From NCBI GenBank assembly GCA_951406725.2, contig OX597817.1, positions 64,356,001-64,420,000 of the forward strand: 64,000 nt of DNA, given 5' to 3'. This document shows positions 26,801 to 38,249 of this stretch, one piece after another (the first letter of the stretch is position 1; the number at the start of each line of letters is the position of its first letter). The position numbers and the translations under genes were made by a program. The stretch is from Octopus vulgaris (taxonomy: Eukaryota). Under the pieces are notes generated by a model. That model searched no databases. It was given only the letters and a program-made list of their open reading frames with translations, and was not told the DNA's origin.

Positions 26801-26950
26801 AAAGGCTGACGGTGTGGCACCTGGGCCGGCGTCAGCGGTGGCCACCCTGGGTCCCTTGATTGTGGTGGTCTTGAGTGCTGTTGTGAGTGCCCCTGGCTCT
26901 GAAGACGATGTATCCAGGCCAGTTGTCCCACAATTTTCTCTGCCATTTCT
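23822..26950 (-). CDS. LINE ORF2: apurinic-like endonuclease + reverse transcriptase
   Basis: APE motifs LLNVRGL, IALTETHL, VTYRPP, LLGDFNLP, LDLCFTS, LSDHNLV. RT motifs NYRPVSLTS, QHGFRPGRSC, DFAKAFDKVDH, GVPQGTVLGPLLF, YADDTK. CR1-like C-terminus LYSLERRRERY. The first 35 codons of the 1077-aa track ORF are flanking sequence. Confidence 0.95.
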   Translation of the reverse strand, partial: RNGRENCGTTGLDTSSSEPGALTTALKTTTIKGPRVATADAGPGATPSAFIDTPGVSPVLLLNVRGLVKPTNMGKIPYLRDLSTSNHAICIALTETHLSSSIADAEIHIPKYTVFRSDRKERTHGGVALYVREDVTPIVLLTHSNSVCDTLIVHMKQPKIVICVTYRPPDTPSHEGVFEDSLRRIEEVLDKLDQGNTILLLGDFNLPKVKWPDGHLLPGMTSLEQRQTESLLALTRKFFMEQAVLWPTRGENVLDLCFTSNPMLIHNIMVTPTILSDHNLVEVMIYGMRELVETQPLENTTGLSSLNFHKANWKKINEEIRKHDWSDFITTQDTNTHFQHFMTTIQNICHKFVPEKKASGHRNVIPRDRKILMRRRAKLSKQLNARQRNNEGLHLKLFETETALKLSYEKERAEREARAIENIKTNPKAFFKFAKETTSVHCKIGPLFDKKGSLTEDPQGISEILKEQYKSVFTSPLGHMQITNPEVFFDATTLQNQTTTIDHIDITERDVISAIEEMRINSAAGPDGFPAVLLKTCRHALAGPLKKLFSGSLANGKLPRALKEGTICPIHKGGSRAEAKNYRPVSLTSHISKVMERIIRKKLITFLEETNRLTDTQHGFRPGRSCLTQLLQHYDWVLKQLLDRSQVDVVYLDFAKAFDKVDHGVICHKLLRLGITGKVGEWIHDFLKDRSQMVAANGALSGKTPIASGVPQGTVLGPLLFLVALSDMPLVAQTTSLTSYADDTKVAQAIKNPADADLLQQDLDAIYKWAEDNNMQFNAGKFQALQYQAVNTYTLQHNNTGPGGIEIPVSKSIRDLGIDMSDDASFSSHIAKVATMCRRLTGWILRTFRTRDCETMLTLWRTFVLSRLDYCSQLWSPHSVKLTTELETIQRHFTKRISTMKEKNYWERLRELNLYSLERRRERYAVIYIWKILEGLAPNFGIESCSNPCTGRHCVVPKVPSSTSRVRSRYCNSLGFRGPQLFNKLPRKLRDLHDADVDIFKKHLDKLLSGIPDEPTARYEGNLRAAATNSLLDQWPATANWT
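26764..26950 (-). CDS. Possible C-terminal remnant of LINE ORF1, overlapping the start of ORF2
   Basis: Pro/Gln-rich open frame (MAEKIVGQLAW...HQCFC*) ends at TGA exactly over the first endonuclease motif of ORF2, in a different frame. Confidence 0.4.
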
Positions 26951-27799
26951 ACATATATATATATATATATAAGAATAAATGTTTTTATATATAAAGAACG
27001 TGAAATACAGGAAGGGACGAACACGGAACACAGACAAATCATTCGAAGCCTTCAATCTTCAGTCAGACACCGATGTATACACACACATACATATACACAC
27101 TAATCTACATACATACAGATGTATGTATGTATGTTCTTTTATGTGTGTCTGCATCATCGTTATCATTTAATGCCTGTTTTATATGCTGGCATGTTTTGGA
27201 CAGTTTGACAGAATCCAGTGAGCTAGAGGACTGCATCAGGACCAGTTATCAGCTTTGACATGGTTTCTATTGCTAGATGCCCTTCTTAATACCAACCAAT
27301 TTACAATGTGTACTGGGTGACAGAGATGGAAGTCAGAGGTACATAAACATGACTGTAGTAAGTGGGTTAACAATTGTGGTACATTCATGGCAGATTTGAC
27401 AGAGCACAAAGAATGGTAGCGGATATGACAGGTGTTAAAGTTGAGGTATAACAAGTCTAAGATGTGGCTCTGAGACACTGAATACTCTGAAAGAGAAGGG
27501 ATGATAATGAAAATGAGGGATGCTTTTTAATATGGAGTTGTTCCAGAGAAGGAAGGAGGCAACTGGTAGTATATAACAAAAAGGGATGATGAAATTAGTG
27601 TCAATTTCTGCTCTCAAATGATTACAGCAGTCAAGTGGTGCCATAGTTAGAAGGGTAACGAGTATTAGGAGATTGAAATGTGGAAAATTCTTGATGGGGC
27701 AGATTGGATGCAGGGACAGGGCTCAGCATGTACAGGCATAGAAAAATGCTCTTAGAACCTCAGTTTTCTCCATGATAGGTGGGTTTCTCAAGCACAGCA

Positions 27800-28050
27800 C
27801 ATTATCAATCATCCCAGTCCTTTGTCATCTCCTCTGGGAAATTCAATATCTTGAGACCAGCTTTTACTTCTTTATCGCATATAGTCCTGGATTGTCCTTT
27901 TCCACAAAGTGCCATCCACTTTAAGCAACCAGTACTTCTGTATGCAGCTGTCCTCATCTATATGCATTACATGGCCACACCAGCACAGTCTTCTTTCATG
28001 CATACTATATCTGATTCCTCTTATGCCTAATTTTTCACTCAATACATTTG
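27800..28050 (-). mobile_element. RTE-clade LINE 3' fragment
   Basis: LSEKLGIRGIRYSMHERRLCWCGHVMHIDEDSCIQK. Confidence 0.8.
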
Positions 28051-29372
28051 ACATTGCACAAACAATGGAACATGCTAGCTTCTGTATGATGTAATTTGAG
28101 AGAATTTACCTGCTGTCTCTAGCAAGTAAAGTGTTTGTATAGCATGCATGGGCAACATTTTTCAGGAAGTGGGCAGCAAGAGACATGGCTTATCACCAAG
28201 TAAGCCACACTACCAAAAAATTCAAGGTAATTTTTCATCAAGTATGTCATTCAGAAAATTCCGCCTATGACTGATATATAGAGTGTCCTCTATTTCTTCA
28301 AATACATTATTTCTGCACTAGTTTCCTTTCAAACTGTGTCCTATATTTTGCACTATTTTCTGCATGTGAATGCATATGATTGTGTTTGCTTGGTCAAATA
28401 TAGGTAGTGAGTAAGTAAACTGGGTTCCTGCCAGTTACATTGAGTATTCAGTTGTTCAGTCAACTAAGTTACCTGCTCATTGAATTAGCATGTAAGTTGC
28501 AGAGTATTCCACTGGCACATGTACTATTAAAGTAATTCTCAGGTACATTCAGAGTGACACAGCATGTGAGAAGTTTGTGTCATCAAATGATGTTCTGTTC
28601 TGGTCCTTTTCTCTCATACTTTACCTCTCTTGGTTCCTCATCTCCAGGCATAAATTTTCCCCCATGGAGTTTGGACTCTTGCAAGTTGCATGGCAACCTT
28701 ACTAAAGCTGGAGGCAAGAAAAAATCATATAGTATATGCTGTAAAGTGATTGGTATGCCAAAGCTGATCCTAAAGCAAGATGCAGTCGTTGGGCCCATCA
28801 ACTGTCCAGCCATATGAGCATGGAACACAGACGTTAAATGATGATGATAAATCCATATGAGATGCTTCTTTTTGGTAGCAAAGAGAGCATTTAAATTTTT
28901 GCATCCATTGGAAAGTCTGTTAGATGGATTCATGTTAGTGCACATTTGTGCTTGGCAATTATTGACAGCATATCACCTTATTCCAATTACTTACTTACAA
29001 AAGATGTAGTATACTGATAGTATAAGAATGGCTTGGTAGATGGATGGATGTTGCCCACAAGTTTCACATGAAATTATTTTTACTGTATTCAGCAGACATT
29101 TACTTCTGATTTTCTTATGGATAGTTTCTGAATTAATTTTTGCTAATCAGTGTCAGATACTTTAAAATGGTTAATACAAGAATAACTTTAAAATCTTCAA
29201 TTGATATTTACGTGTAAGATACTTTAAAAAAATGACTTAGAAAACCACAGCATTAAATTTATTAACCATATGTTGTTACCAAAGTACATTAAATATGTAT
29301 ACATATACATACATACATACATACATACATACATACATACATACATACATACATACATACATACATACATAA

Positions 29373-29820
29373 AGCAGTTGTCCAAAAATGTCATCACAAT
29401 ATTATCTACTGATGAGACATTATGTTGTAGCTAGGACATTATATAATGAAATTCGTTGGAAGGATAACCCCAAGGACAAAGAAATAAGAACCCACAATAT
29501 GGTAGAAGCCATAGCCGCTCATAATAAAAAGGAGTACTGGTGGAATATCCCAGTGAAAACCTTGATAAAATGTAAGCACAAAAGACCTGATATAATGATT
29601 TGGGATAGAGAAGAGAAACTGTGTACAGTTGTGGAAATCAAACTGCCCAGCAGATGTTAACATAAAGCTGAAGATCAGTGAAAAAGAGAATATCTACACT
29701 GAACTATTGAGAAATTTGCAGTTACTCTATCCAGATTACAAGTTCAGGTTTATACTCGTAATTATCGGGTCCCTGGGATATGTAACACGCTGCCTAGATA
29801 CCAATCTTGAGAAATTAGGC
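29373..29820 (+). mobile_element. R4/Dong-like non-LTR retrotransposon fragment: restriction-like endonuclease (RLE) domain
   Basis: SSCPKM..YY..RH.VV..EYWWN..KRPDIMIWD..VVEI, a frameshift near 29640, then CPADVN..EKENIY..IIGSLG (PD-(D/E)xK nuclease pattern after a zinc-knuckle remnant). Confidence 0.85.
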
Positions 29821-29858
29821 TGGTACCATGGGTTATTTCGATTGACAAAATTGAGATG

Positions 29859-30284
29859 CTAGCAATAGCCGCTTTGATTAGCTGTTTCGAATCCTGCTCG
29901 AGACTGACACATTTCAATAAACATTAGATAATCACACACACTTCATACTGATACACACTTTTTTCATTTTATTTTCACTATTAACCGTCCTTGCGACCCC
30001 CTTCGTATCTACGATGGGACCACGAACTATATACAATGAAAATTCAGAGTTACTTGTGGTCTGTTAATTTTTAATAAAAATGCAAAGGTGGTTTGTCAAT
30101 TCAAAATTCGATATCCCTAATCATACTTTCAGATTTTTTGATGTTAAAAACCTTCCTGATGACCATCTTCGTAACCCCGAAAAATATCATAACCATTGGT
30201 TCAGGTGTCTGGCTGTGAAAAGGGTACAGACGAAGAGACGGGCAGACAGACAGACAAACAGACATAACGCCCTTTATAGTAAGA
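29859..30284 (-). mobile_element. Non-autonomous Helitron-like element
   Basis: Minus strand starts A|TCTTACTATAAA..(GTCT)n..GAACCAATGG and ends GCTAATCAAAGCGGCTATTGCTAG. Confidence 0.65.
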
Positions 30285-30329
30285 TAGCATATCTGCCCAT
30301 CTATGATGCGAAATAAAGGGATAGTATCG

Positions 30330-30620
30330 CAAATTTAAACCCTCTAAATTCACGAACTATATGGGCAGGAGTGAGGGGGAGATCCAGAGTTAATCCTCGT
30401 TACTGGAATTTTAACAAAAAAAAAATAAATCAAAGGTGATTTGTTAATACAAAACTCAATGTCCACTAAATAATCATACTTTTCACATTTTTTTCGCTAA
30501 AAACCTTTCTGATTGCCTCTTTTGTAATCCAAAAGAACATCGCGACCATTGGTCCAACCATTTGACAGGCAGATAGACAGAGGGACAGACAGATGGACAA
30601 AACTCCCATTATAGTAAGAT
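30330..30620 (-). mobile_element. Second, diverged copy of the Helitron-like 5' part, in tandem
   Basis: Collinear with 30020-30285 (CACGAACTATAT, CAAAGGTG.TTTGT.AAT, AATCATACTTT, ACCATTGGT, TTATAGTAAGAT). Confidence 0.65.
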
Positions 30621-30864
30621 ATTTTAGTTTATAATTACACAGGGTTTGTTTTTATTAGTAGCAGTTGTATACAAATCTAATAATACACTCTCAAAAACAG
30701 GTTAAATCATGTCTATTCTTGAGTAGCTCTAATGCCTTAATGGTTGGTTCAACATAAACAGCACAGTGTACATTCTGGGAGAATAATTACCAATATGCCA
30801 CTGATACACACAGATATGAACCCAAAAGTCCACCTAATGCATTTATCTCTTCTCTCATTATCCC

Positions 30865-30907
<43 letters not shown>

Positions 30908-31496
30908 CCATAGTTGGTGCTGTACGTCAGTTAAAATAGATATTAAAACTGATAATTATTGGAAAAATTTTTTGCAGAGTTAATTTATTATAAAATTGGA
31001 AAATGAAAATCTTTTGATATTTATTCTCCATTACAAGTGTTTCATTTGCTAATAGAAATCACAAAGATTTACATGTCTATCTAACATGTAAGTCTTTGTG
31101 ATTCCTATTACCAAATGAAACACATGTAATGGAGAATAACTAATACCAAAAGACTTCCATTTTCCTATATTATTATATGTGTATATGTATATGCATGTAT
31201 ATACATATGTATATATCATCAACATCATCATCATTTAACGTCCGCTTTCTATGCTAGCATGGGTCAGACGATTTGACTGAGGACTGGCGAACCAGATGGC
31301 TGCACCAGGCTCCAATCTTGATCTGGCAGAGTTTCTACAGCAGGATGCCCTTCCTAACGCCAACCACTCTAGTTTGTTGCACACACGCATTTTGCTAATA
31401 CATACGCGGTGAAGCTACACATTAGCGTCGTATTTTTACGTTCACTATTTCCAGTAAATATCGGTACTTAGTTGTGCCATTTATTTACTAATTTGT

Positions 31497-31562
<66 letters not shown>

Positions 31563-31620
31563 GTATATGTATATATATATATGTGTGTATATATATATGT
31601 ATGTATATGTATGTATATAT

Positions 31621-32055
31621 TAATAATCAATTAAGTAAACAGATGGAATTGGTATAACTCTTTATCTTGTACAACAATCATTTCAACCCATCCTGCTTGA
31701 GTCCTTTATGGGTGGGATGCTGTGCATCGTATTATCTTGCATCAATTTTGCAGTCTGGGTCACATCAGGTACATTCATACATAAAGAGGTGTCTCATTAA
31801 AGATCTTGAGTTTTGGTGGTTGTGTTGTTATTTACTCTAACTGAAGTGGGCAAATAAAAACATAACTGCCAAAAGTTCAAGATCTTTAGTGAGACACCAT
31901 TTTAAGTATGAATGTACCTGATGTGACCCAGACTGCAAAATGAATGCAACATAATATGATGCACAGCATTCCACCCATAAAGGACACATGCAGGATGGGT
32001 TGTCATACAAAATAGTTATACCAATTCCATCTTCTATTTGCTTAATTGATTATTA
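31621..32055. repeat. Fold-back hairpin (arms ~210 bp, 18-nt loop) carrying an HHR
   Basis: 31621-31833 pairs with 31852-32055. Confidence 0.93.
31668..31773 (-). ncRNA. Decayed hammerhead with large stem II insertion
   Basis: Minus strand TGTAC-CTGATGT-GACCC..GGGTT-GAAA-TGATTG-TT-GTACA; TGATTG is the CpG-decay product of CGATCG. Confidence 0.68.
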
Positions 32056-32200
32056 TCTCAACTAACACTGTGGAATTATTCCTGAAGTAGAGCCAACAGA
32101 AACTGACCCAACTGCGGATGACACCAGATAGCCCAAACTGTACCAGTGCTTTACTCAACACATCAGCACACTAATTGACATAAACTCATTAGCCCAAAAA

Positions 32201-32255
<55 letters not shown>

Positions 32256-32267
32256 TTATATATATAT

Positions 32268-32456
32268 AGGTGCAGGTGTGGCTGTGTTGTAAGAAGCTTG
32301 CTTCCCAACCACATGGTTCCAGGTTCAGTCCCACTGGCACCTTGGGCAAGTGTTTTCTACTATAGTCTTGGGCCAACCAAAACTTTGTGAGTGGATTTGG
32401 TGGATGGAAACTAGAAGAAGCTTATCATATATATATTTATCATGTATATATTTATC

Positions 32457-32490
<34 letters not shown>

Positions 32491-32744
32491 CTTTGTGTCT
32501 GTGTTTGTCCCCCCACTACCATCACCACCACCATCACTTGACAACTGATGCTGGTGTGTTTATGTTCCCGTACATATATACAACAGGCTTCTTTCAGTTT
32601 CTGTCTATCAAATCCACTCACAAGGCTTTGGTCAGCCTGAGGCTATAGTAGAAGGCACTTGCCCAAGGTGCCACGCAGTAGGACTGAACCTGAAACTATG
32701 TGGTTGTTAAGCAAGCTACTTACCACACAGCCACTCCTACACCT
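32268..32744. mobile_element. Two family A SINE heads in inverted orientation
   Basis: 32268-32425 plus and 32585-32744 minus are reverse complements. Confidence 0.85.
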
Positions 32745-35700
32745 ATACAAATAAATATGTTGCCATACAAATTAAACTGTTTAATACTTATAGATTTACA
32801 ACATAGGAAATATAGAGAATATTCTAGTTAAATCTGTTATGTTGGCATGTTCATTGTCATTATAGAAATAAGAGAAAATAGAGCAGTTAATTAGATAATT
32901 GGATGTTTGGACGTATGTCAGTATTAAATCACATAGATAATTTATCTTCATGGATCAGGTATTTTCCAAGTAGATGGAAATGAAAGCATATCTTGTGGAA
33001 TAAAGTGACAAGGTTTTGTATGGAATCTAAGTTGATTTTGGCATAGAGTTCAAGCCACCAACTTTTATAATGCTGAGCAAGATTTTCTTGAACCTTCAAG
33101 TTACGATTTCATGAGAAGCTTAGAGCTTCTTTGATGTTTACCACCAGTAGTTAATATATGCTAGCTGATACTGATTGGTTGGTAATCTTTTCCATAAATG
33201 TTCTATTTTCCCATGCCATTTATGGCAGCGTGATTACTGTGACAGCTGCTGAAAATCCAAGTGAGGTGACTTTAATGGCAAAACTCTGCTACACCATTTT
33301 TACTGATGCACAGTGTGCACAGGACCTCATTATTTAACGTTTGTTTTTATTAAGATAGTAAAGTTCTGATGTTGAGTCTACAAACACAAGTCCACAATGA
33401 CATACCTAAGGTTTTATGTGTCATGTAATAGACTTTGGCAAAATCTGCAGTTTCATGCTATAAAAATACTTATCAACAAGCATTTACCTTAAATTAAGAT
33501 GATTTTATACAAGTAAGTAACACTTCAATAACAAGTTTATTTTAAAAAATTAAAATTTCAGCACTCTGGGCTTAAAAGTTCCTTATCACTACTGTTGGAT
33601 GTGGTCTGAGGAAGATTTGGCTGCTAGTTCCTGCAAAACAGAACCACTGCAAGAAAGCTCACTGCATCTGCTATCATAAATCTCTTGAACTTCACAAAAT
33701 AATGAAGAGCTACTTACAATATGAAAAGGGGAAAGATATATAACTTTTGTATATTTCAGGCACAGAGGTCCACTATCCAGCCTTTGTGCCTAAAATATAT
33801 AAAGTTTATTAAACTTTTCCTTTTTTGCATTGTGAGAAGCTCTCTGTCTTCATTATTCTATTATTTTAGTTCTTTATCACGATGTTTCAAGCAAGTTGCA
33901 ACACCCTTCTTAAATTTACTTTCATTGTTTCTTTCTTATGTCTTGATTTACTGTTAATCGTTCTTGTGATTGTTATTGTTGGTAACTAACAGATCTATGT
34001 CTATACAAAACATTTAGTGACAATAACTGAAGAGAGGTCAACTAAACAGCTATAATATTTTACCAGTCATATTTCATTTACAAATGAAATACAGTGAATT
34101 ATCCTGTCTAATCACAATCACTGTGCTGGATTGTGATAGAGCCTTATGTTGACGTCATTACAATGGAAAAATATTGAATACTAATGTTACCATGTTGACA
34201 ACAATGAACTACTTTGACTATCTATCTACCTCTAAATCATATACTTCAATAGTTTCAAATGATTATATAAAGATCAGGAGGTTAAGGTCAATTCAGCAGG
34301 TAAGTTGTAAATAGGTGTCAGAGAGGAGAGGAACTAATTTAGCTATGTATTACACCAGAACACTATCAGCTATAAACCCCACATTGATATCAAAGTAAAG
34401 CTGACATTTAAAAACAAATGAAGATAATAAACCGCATTCCATATTTAATTAAATGGGCTAACAAAGAAATGAATCTTTAGTTTTTGTAAAATGATCCCAT
34501 TCTATTGTGTGAAGCAATTTGGACATTTAACACAGTACAGTAGAGTTGTTGATATTGTTTAGCCCCAAGTCATCTCTCCATGATCAAGCAGACCTGTGAC
34601 CACTCTATCTTTTTGTATATGAGGGATCACCTTGTTCATTGTGTCCTTCCTTTATGAAGGTTGTAGGGTATGACTCAAGGGAAATGTGGCTGAATTTCTA
34701 ATGACCACTGAAAGGCTTGACTAAAAAATAGATCCAATTGTCTGTTGTAATTCTGTACAAAGATTTTTACAATGTTTTCTTTCAAACTAATTTTTTGTAT
34801 TGTCTTATTGAGGGAAAATTTTCACATCATAAAATAGGGATGTTTTAACTGATTAAATCTTAGATCACATAATTGATTAAGTGATTGACTGATAAGTTAA
34901 CTGATTGATACCCGTAGAATCACTGAAAGATAAGGATAAATAGAATGAGTGATAATTTCATTCAGTTGTTGTTTAGTACCAAGTCAACCTTGATTGAGCA
35001 GATATATACACTAGTATAGCAGGGTGCAGGGCAAGGGGGCAGTTTACCCTATCAGAGGAGTTACAATGGCCCAACCTAAATGGTTAAAGCATAAGTTTTA
35101 TTTTGACTAAAAAGTCATGTTTGTATTCTGTCATTGGCTTAGCATAAGATACCGGATTTTTACTCTAGCTACTTGATATATGAGTATAAAAAATGGCATA
35201 TTTCATTACCACAAATAATTAATCAAATAAGTAAACAAATAATATCTGAAGTCACTTATTAACTGATAATAGACCACTTGAACACAATAACAAGCAATTT
35301 ATGTAATAGTTTCTAAATTAGGAATAAGGCCAGCAATTTTGAGGGGAGAGTATAAATCAATACCATCAACTGGTACTTTATTTTATTAATCCCAGAGGGA
35401 CTAAAGTTGACCATGGTAGCATTTGAGTTCAGAATTTAGAGTTGGAGCAAATGCCATAAAGCATTTTGTCCAATGCTCTTATGTTTCTGCTAGCTCAGGG
35501 CAGTCCCTGGTCCACTTCACTGTACACACCTCCCTGTAACTTGGGTGAACAGCCCCTGTCCCCACTGTCACATCTTCCCTCTCTCCATTTGAAGTAGCCA
35601 TGTTTCCCTTCTAATGCAAGGTTCCTTTTCTGTCCCTCAATACTACTTTGGTCTTGCAAGTGGCTTGGTGACCTCACTGCTGCTGGTGCCATGTAAAAAG

Positions 35701-36174
35701 GCACCCAGTACACTCTATAAAGTGGCTGATGTTAAGAAAGGTATCCAGCCACAGAAAAACATGCCAAAGCAGATAGCAGGGCTTGGTGTAGTCTTCTAAC
35801 CCATCCAATCCATGCCAACATTGACAAGGGTCATTGACTGAGGATGATGATGACAACACACACACACACACATATGAGTGTGTGTGCATTGCAGTGCTTG
35901 AGGATCCATCAAGCCAAGTGAAATCGTAGTTATGACAGATACTGGTATCACGCAACTGGCACCCATGCTAATGGCATGTAAAAACACAGATTACACTCTC
36001 ATAGTGGTTGGTATTAGGAAGGACATCTGGCCATAGAAACCATGCTAAATCAGACTGGAGTCTGGTGTAGCCCCTCAGCTTACCAGCCTTGGTCACACCA
36101 TCCAACCCATGCTGGCATAGACAACAGACATTGAATGATGATGATATATATATATATATATATATATAAATCTA

Positions 36175-36578
36175 ATATCATTCTTAATGTATACACACTC
36201 TTTGTAGGCCAGTTACTGCAGTATATGTCCTGAGATAGCTTCCCTAATAAACTTGGTGTGCAAAAAAACTCAAGCAGAGTGAGAAAGGGATGAAAATTCA
36301 TCACAACAGCAGTCAGTGAGTGTGTCAGATGCATTTCAACCTTTTTGGGCCCTTTTGATGGCACATAGTTGCAGCTAGCACCATGCTCAGACAGGGATTT
36401 GTCATCTCTGATATAGGAAAAAGTGAATAAAACACTCATTGATGTTGCAATAAATTACCTGACTGACTAAAAATCCAGTATACACAACTGAGGTAGTATT
36501 TAATTAAAATAGGCATCTATGTATCATACTTAATGTATACACGTTGTTGATAGGTATGTCACTGCAGTATTTTTCCTA
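36175..36578 (-). mobile_element. Partial tandem (346-bp period) HHR-bearing element
   Basis: CTTAATGTATACAC..ACTGCAGTAT..TCCT at 36183 and 36529; HHR relic in between; abuts (TA)n. Confidence 0.55.
36322..36364 (-). ncRNA. Strongly decayed hammerhead relic
   Basis: Minus strand GTGCCA-TCAAAAG-GGCC(CAAAAA)GGTT-GAAA-TGCA-TC-TGACAC; stems and spacing correct, first box mutated. Confidence 0.5.
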
Positions 36579-37259
36579 TTTGAGAGTTGAGTGACTTGTC
36601 TAAATACAAACTCTTGCTACTGACAAACAAAATACAGACTGTTGACTTATTAATTGCCAGTTCACACCATTTACATTTCGCTAGCTATTGCTCTCTTTCT
36701 TTCTCTTTCTCCCTCTCTCTCTCCCTCTCTAATTTTTTCTCTCTCTCTCTTTCACACACACACACACACACACTTTCAGTAACCACATATCAGATATATC
36801 ATATGGACTATAAAACTGTCTCTTGCATGTAGATAGATTGATAGACCAACAGATTGTTGTTTTGCCCCAGGTTAATTATTATTGAGCAGACCTATGACTA
36901 AGTGCATTCCAGTTATGACCATCCATTATTTCTATGGGTATGTAGGGCTACATTATGCAATGTATCCTTCCTTTGACAAAATAGTAGGATGGAATGTGAA
37001 GGGAATTTGACTACTATTTTTAGAAGCTCCTATACTTGCTAGTTTAAACAGAGAGAGATATAAAACTTGGAGTACGACCATTTTTTATCAACCTCAAGCT
37101 TAGCTTTAAGTAGACCTGTGACATAAGACATTCTAACTGAGACCAATTTATCTTATTTTAATTCATTGCATGTCTAAGGCATTATCCAGTGTCTTTAACT
37201 TTTACTTGTTTCAGTCATTGAGTTGTGGCCATGCTGGAACATTGCCTTGAAGGGTTTCA

Positions 37260-37860
37260 TTGTCATCATCATCATCGTGGTTTAATGTTTGCTTTCCTTG
37301 CTGGCATGGGTTGGACAGTTTGACTAAGGGTGGCAAGCCAAAAGGCTGCACCAGGCTCCAAGCTGATCTGGCAAAGTTTCTACAGCTGGATGCACTTCCT
37401 AATGCCAACCACTCCGAGAGTGTAGTGGCTGATTTTTATATGCCACCAGCATGAGGGCCAGTCAGGCAGCACTGGCAACAACTGTGCTTGAATGGTACCT
37501 TTTACATCCCACAGGCATGGGAGCCAGTCAGGTGGCACTGGTAATGATCATGCTCAAATGGTGATTTTTATGTGCCACTGGCATTGACCATGCTCGAATG
37601 GTGCTTTTTACATGCCACTGGCAATGACCATGCTCGAAAGATGCTTTTTACATGCCACCAACACAGGAACAGTCAGGCGGTACTGGCATTGACCACGCTC
37701 GAATGGTGCTTTTTACGTGCTACAGCACAGGTACCATTCAGGTGGTACTGGCATCAGGCATGACAATGACTTCATTTGACTCAACAGGTCTTCGCAAGTG
37801 CAGTTTATTGCCCAATGATTGAAGGGTACTCTTAAATGAACTGGTTATGCTGCACTGGCA
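37260..37860 (-). repeat. Family E repeat with expanded internal tandem array
   Basis: About five repeats of CACTGGCA.TGACCATGCTCGAATGGTGCTTTTTACATGC. Confidence 0.8.
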
Positions 37861-38079
37861 TTATACATCCAGCAGAGCATTCAGATAAATTTACCCTGGT
37901 ACTTACTTATTTTTAAAAAGTTTGGTACTTATTCCATCAACCTATTTTGCCAAACCACTAAGTTATGGGGACATAAACAAACCAACACCATTCATCAAGT
38001 AGCTGGAAAACAATGCAAACACAAAGACATATATACATACATACATACATACATGCATACATACATACATACATACATA

Positions 38080-38155
<76 letters not shown>

Positions 38156-38249
38156 AGTTCAGTAAAATTTAGATTCAAATGAATATGGTACTTAAGTTAG
38201 ATACACCAGAATTTAGTATGGTGTTATCCATATAAATCCATGGGGTGAT

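Larger units (their letters stand above)
23746..26950 (-). mobile_element. Young CR1-type (Jockey superfamily) LINE, 5'-truncated, with intact ORF2, short 3' UTR and (GTAAAAGA)n tail
   Basis: GC- and CpG-richer than the flanks; uninterrupted APE+RT ORF; the TAG stop is followed by ~75 nt ending GAAACAAGTAAAAGAGTAAAAGAGAA; the 5' end abuts (TA)n. Confidence 0.93.

Noticed and set aside
24384-26972. Several plus-strand ORFs
   Set aside because: Antisense shadows of LINE ORF2.
26951-27055. N-terminal 35 aa of the 1077-aa ORF
   Set aside because: Runs through (TA)n and unrelated flank; an accidental in-frame extension.
30157-30185. CTGATGA...GAAA inside the Helitron-like element
   Set aside because: Stem II cannot pair, and the motif is not kept in the tandem copy.
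37440-37760. Repeat-spacer-like array resembling CRISPR
   Set aside because: The spacers are similar to one another, the array is internal to family E, the context is eukaryotic and there are no cas genes.
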